A stretch of 59,134 nt of DNA, from IMG/VR virus record IMGVR_UViG_3300030060_005339, positions 1 through 59,134 of that record, one strand, 5' to 3'. The translations under genes were made by a program, and so were the position numbers. The DNA is from a virus (lineage: Duplodnaviria; Caudoviricetes). This document shows positions 56,341 through 59,134 of this stretch, piece after piece. Under the pieces are notes generated by a model. The model searched no databases and was not told the DNA's origin. It saw only the letters and a program-made list of their open reading frames with translations. Position 1 is the stretch's first letter, and every line of letters starts with the position of its first letter.

Positions 56341-56759
56341 TGTATGAATACGCTTGCACGGTGGAAAGGGTTGTCGATGGAGATACTATCGACGTTACTT
56401 TGGATCTCGGCTTTGACATTCTTCATAAGTGTCGTGTTCGCCTATATGGTATTGATACTCCCGAGTCACGTACTCGTAACCTGGACGAGAAGGCTAGAGG
56501 AAAAATGGCTGGGGCTTTCTTGAAGGAAGCGATTGAGGACGGGGAGAAAGTAGTTATACAAACAAAGCTCAAGGACTCCAAAGGTAAGTATGGCAGAGTA
56601 TTAGGTGATGTAGTTGTCGATGGCAAAAACATTAATCAGACGATGGTTCAATGCCACCTGGCGGTAGCCTACCATGGCCAATCAAAAGATGACGTAGAAG
56701 CTGAGCACATGCGTAACAGAGACATCCTGATCGAGAACGGTTTACACACACCAGTATAA
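56340..56759 (+). CDS. Thermonuclease (SNase-like)
   Basis: RVVDGDT, RLYGIDTPE, KYGRVL. Confidence 0.92.
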   Translation: MYEYACTVERVVDGDTIDVTLDLGFDILHKCRVRLYGIDTPESRTRNLDEKARGKMAGAFLKEAIEDGEKVVIQTKLKDSKGKYGRVLGDVVVDGKNINQTMVQCHLAVAYHGQSKDDVEAEHMRNRDILIENGLHTPV

Positions 56760-56799
56760 ATCCCTATACATATCCCATAGCCTGAAGTAGAATACATCC

Positions 56800-56939
56800 A
56801 CGCTGTAGATTTTTAGTCCAGCTGGATGGGGGGCAGCGTAAGGTCTTCAAAAACCTTGAAATCCAGAGAGTGCCAGCAGACGGTGTGCTCCATAAAGATA
56901 ACATCTGCAGGGGGAGCTGTTCGAGCCAAAACGCCTTAC
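56800..56939 (+). ncRNA. Candidate structured non-coding RNA
   Basis: GC-rich intergenic segment after a TAGAAT -10 box, with several stems and a possible pseudoknot. Confidence 0.4.
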
Positions 56940-56992
56940 TTTTACATAATTTAAGTAAAGCCTCCAGCCCAGTGATCCCCCACTTATTTATT

Positions 56993-57283
56993 ATGAAAAA
57001 ACAAAAACATTCAATACTAGAAGCACTAAAGAATAGTGTTTACGAAGATTTGCCACCGCAGATAAAGGACTTCTTTGACAACATAACTCCACAAGATTAT
57101 GTGCAGATGTTAGATGCCTTGAGGGATTACGGTGTGTTCAGCCCCGAAATTTTTGATTTGCTCAAGACTGTTATCTTGGAGCAAGACGGACAAATGACTC
57201 AAGAACAATACAGAGACTTTGTAGAACTGTGGTACGAACCTTCTCAGCTACAGAATTTCGGCAAAAAATTTACTTTGCACTAA
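56993..57283 (+). CDS. Hypothetical protein (probable start MKKQKH)
   Basis: The ORF-track start at 56870 runs through the putative RNA; the ATG at 56993 is more plausible. Confidence 0.65.
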   Translation: MKKQKHSILEALKNSVYEDLPPQIKDFFDNITPQDYVQMLDALRDYGVFSPEIFDLLKTVILEQDGQMTQEQYRDFVELWYEPSQLQNFGKKFTLH

Positions 57284-57312
57284 ACCCTACATTTCTTTAT
57301 TATTAGCCTATC

Positions 57313-57975
57313 ATGATAGGCGATAGCGGCGGAGTAGGCGGAGGATCTACAGGCATAGACAGAATAGACGTGCTTGGTTCAATACCAGGCGGTACTATGG
57401 GATTACCTTCCTCTGCTATGACATACATGGGCCCTTTTAGTGGTGGCATAGGAGCTTATGCTTCACCGTTTGGAATAGGAGACTTCACACCTAGCATACC
57501 TACGCCTGTTATGCCTCAGGTCCAACCAGAAAAAACCTTTGGACAGAAGGCTGGTGAAAGTATCAAAAATTTTTTAAAGCGTCTGGCTAGAGTACATCCA
57601 GCCACGCGTAATATAATGTTTATCCGTGACTTTATAAAAGGATTGCAAAACTCAGAAAACCCACAAGACTTTGTTAAAGGTATGATAAGCAATCTTGCTA
57701 TGCAGAAGGTAGGAAGCAATCTAGGCATTTCTCCTATGGGTCGTGCTGGCATAAGAACATTACGAAATGTCAGTCAAGGCAGGATCACACCAGGACAAGG
57801 ATTAGGTAGTCTTGCAACCTCTGCTGCTTTCCAAAAGGCAGGACCGTCTTTGTTTAGATCAGCCTACGACAAAGGCGGAATGAACGCTGTGTACGGTGTT
57901 GCTACGCTATTAGGTATGGCACAAAACGCTGCTCAGCGAAATATTTTACAGCCAGGGCCAGGTGGCGATGGGTAA
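57313..57975 (+). CDS. Gly-rich hypothetical protein
   Basis: 220-aa ORF. Confidence 0.75.
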   Translation: MIGDSGGVGGGSTGIDRIDVLGSIPGGTMGLPSSAMTYMGPFSGGIGAYASPFGIGDFTPSIPTPVMPQVQPEKTFGQKAGESIKNFLKRLARVHPATRNIMFIRDFIKGLQNSENPQDFVKGMISNLAMQKVGSNLGISPMGRAGIRTLRNVSQGRITPGQGLGSLATSAAFQKAGPSLFRSAYDKGGMNAVYGVATLLGMAQNAAQRNILQPGPGGDG

Positions 57976-58099
57976 AGGATCTAAGCAAAGACCAGCTTCT
58001 ATCTCTGTTGAAGAGTTTAGTAAGAACTGGGATAAGATTTTTAAGAATGCGCAGAAAAAACATTTAAGCGGTAGCCTGTCGGGTAAGGATACTGTATAA
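57968..58099 (+). CDS. Small protein (43 aa, MGKGSKQRP...NWDKIF)
   Basis: Translated by hand; the GKGSxxRP...NWDxIF motif is recalled from marine phages. Confidence 0.7.
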   Translation: MGKGSKQRPASISVEEFSKNWDKIFKNAQKKHLSGSLSGKDTV

Positions 58100-58200
58100 T
58101 ACATCTTATATAAATAACCTCCTTGGTATTTATATGTTAAAAGTTACACACTGTTTGCCTAGTGTGGTCCTTGAAAGGCTTAGTTTCACAAAACTAGAAG

Positions 58201-58232
58201 AAGGGAAGAACCCGTAATTCTTCCCTTTTTTT
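58201..58232 (+). terminator. Intrinsic terminator
   Basis: AAGGGAAGAA-N7-TTCTTCCCTT followed by a T-run. Confidence 0.85.
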
Positions 58233-58257
58233 GTGGACGAGGGACCAAGGACTACGG

Positions 58258-58593
58258 ACTTTCTAACCTGAGCCTCACTTTAGAAGTTAGATGCAAGTTA
58301 TTGATTCTGTTGATAATAAAAATCTTCTAACTTTGGTAAGGTTAGATCGTAAGCTATTGATTTTATTAGCAATGTTTCTATTCCTATATAACAAAACCTA
58401 ACCTAACCTGAAATATTTCAAAAAGATTTTTCAAATACGTTAAAAATACAGAATTTTTATTTTCTAGGTTAGAAGTGATGAAAATATAGCCCTTATAAGG
58501 GTTTCCGTCTAACCTGACAGAAGTTAGCTCAGGTTAGAAAGTGCCAAGAATGTTGAAAGAATGCGGGTTTAGAGCTAACTTGACAGAAGTTAT
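58258..58593. repeat. Iteron-like cluster (CTAACYT in both orientations), putative replication origin
   Basis: About 13 copies around an AT-rich core; perfect 16-bp inverted repeat at 58258-58273 / 58527-58542. Confidence 0.75.
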
Positions 58594-58657
58594 GTATTAT
58601 CTGTCCCATATATAATAAAACTTGTTACTTTTTATTACCTTGGTATATACTTCGCGA

Positions 58658-59134
58658 ATGCCAAAAGGAACATCAGGAAACATATCAGGTAAGAACGACA
58701 AGCATCTAACACCTAAACAAATGCTTTTCGCTAAGGAATACGTGTACAACGACGGATCTAAAACACAAACAGAGTGCGCGCTTGCTGCTGGCTATGCTGA
58801 TACATCTGCAGCCGTCAGGGCTTCGGAACTTTTGAATCCACAGAAGTACCCGCTTGTGGTTAGATACATACAAGGTCTCCAGGCAGAGCTGGACAAGAAG
58901 TACGAGGTTACTTTTAGTCGTCATGTCAGAGAGTTAGCCAAGATTAGAGATCAAGCCATAGACAAAGGCAATCTTACTGCGGCAGTATCTGCTGAGGTGC
59001 AACGAGGTAGAGCGGCAGGTTTATATGTAGAACGTAAAGAAGTTAGAACAGGTACGTTAGACTCCTTGAGTGAAGTAGAGATAAAAGAAAGAATAGAGAA
59101 GCTACTTGGAGACTATAAACCCCTGCTTGAAGCA
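58658..59134 (+). CDS. terS: Terminase small subunit (about 166 aa once circularised)
   Basis: Translated by hand: LTPKQMLFAKEY...CALAAGY...RASELL, the HTH-type TerS signature; runs off the window end into position 151 onward. Confidence 0.82.
   Translation, partial: MPKGTSGNISGKNDKHLTPKQMLFAKEYVYNDGSKTQTECALAAGYADTSAAVRASELLNPQKYPLVVRYIQGLQAELDKKYEVTFSRHVRELAKIRDQAIDKGNLTAAVSAEVQRGRAAGLYVERKEVRTGTLDSLSEVEIKERIEKLLGDYKPLLEA
58985..59134. repeat. Terminal direct repeat / circular overlap, copy 2
   Basis: Matches 1-150. Confidence 0.95.

Noticed and set aside
56800-56939. tRNA, tmRNA or SAM riboswitch
   Set aside because: No cloverleaf or CCA end, no tag reading frame and no SAM-I core consensus; kept only as an unclassified RNA candidate.
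7266-57752. Many antisense or alternate-frame ORFs in the ORF track (e.g. 9641-10018, 21600-21941, 24279-24686, 43399-43734, 53469-53996)
   Set aside because: They are shadows of well-supported genes, without RBSs or recognisable motifs.
58258-58542. MITE bounded by 16-bp terminal inverted repeats
   Set aside because: No target-site duplication or transposase seen, and the same heptamer recurs inside and beyond the inverted repeat, which fits iterons better.
58706-58924. 72-aa minus-strand ORF
   Set aside because: Antisense to terS.
1-59134. Stop-codon reassignment, or introns/inteins in terL or polA
   Set aside because: Genes tile densely under the standard code with all three stops in use, and TerL and PolA are uninterrupted and of normal length.

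Overview
This window looks like a complete, circularly permuted genome of about 59 kb (positions 1-150 repeat at 58985-59134) from a marine dsDNA tailed phage. Its layout resembles the HTVC023P/uvMED-type podoviruses, although that assignment is from recall. Modules in order: a minus-strand array of about 25 tiny early genes (161-6484); a packaging and structural operon (TerL, portal, GroES, scaffold, Mu-gpT-like capsid, adaptors, tail fibre with S74 chaperone, lysozyme, basic peptides, ejection proteins; 6884-39258); a minus-strand replication module (exonuclease, PolA with Leu at the 762-equivalent site, UvrD, primase, SSB-like); an SNF2 helicase; an accessory operon; a large polyvalent-like protein; a thermonuclease; an iteron-rich origin-like region; and TerS across the contig junction. 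No integrase, RNA polymerase, tRNA or CRISPR array was recognised. The best candidate for an undescribed system is the coupled operon at 48175-53227: membrane protein, CsgF, CsgG, curlin-like secreted protein, FecR-domain protein and a CHASE2 membrane adenylate cyclase with an intact catalytic site. It may be a phage-encoded trans-envelope cAMP signalling circuit built on a curli pore. Other notable signals are a [MY]xxGG peptide motif shared by many unrelated virion proteins, repeated RBS-stop-start junctions in the early array, a 129-bp palindrome before terL, and two candidate structured RNAs. All annotations were made by eye, with no database searches.
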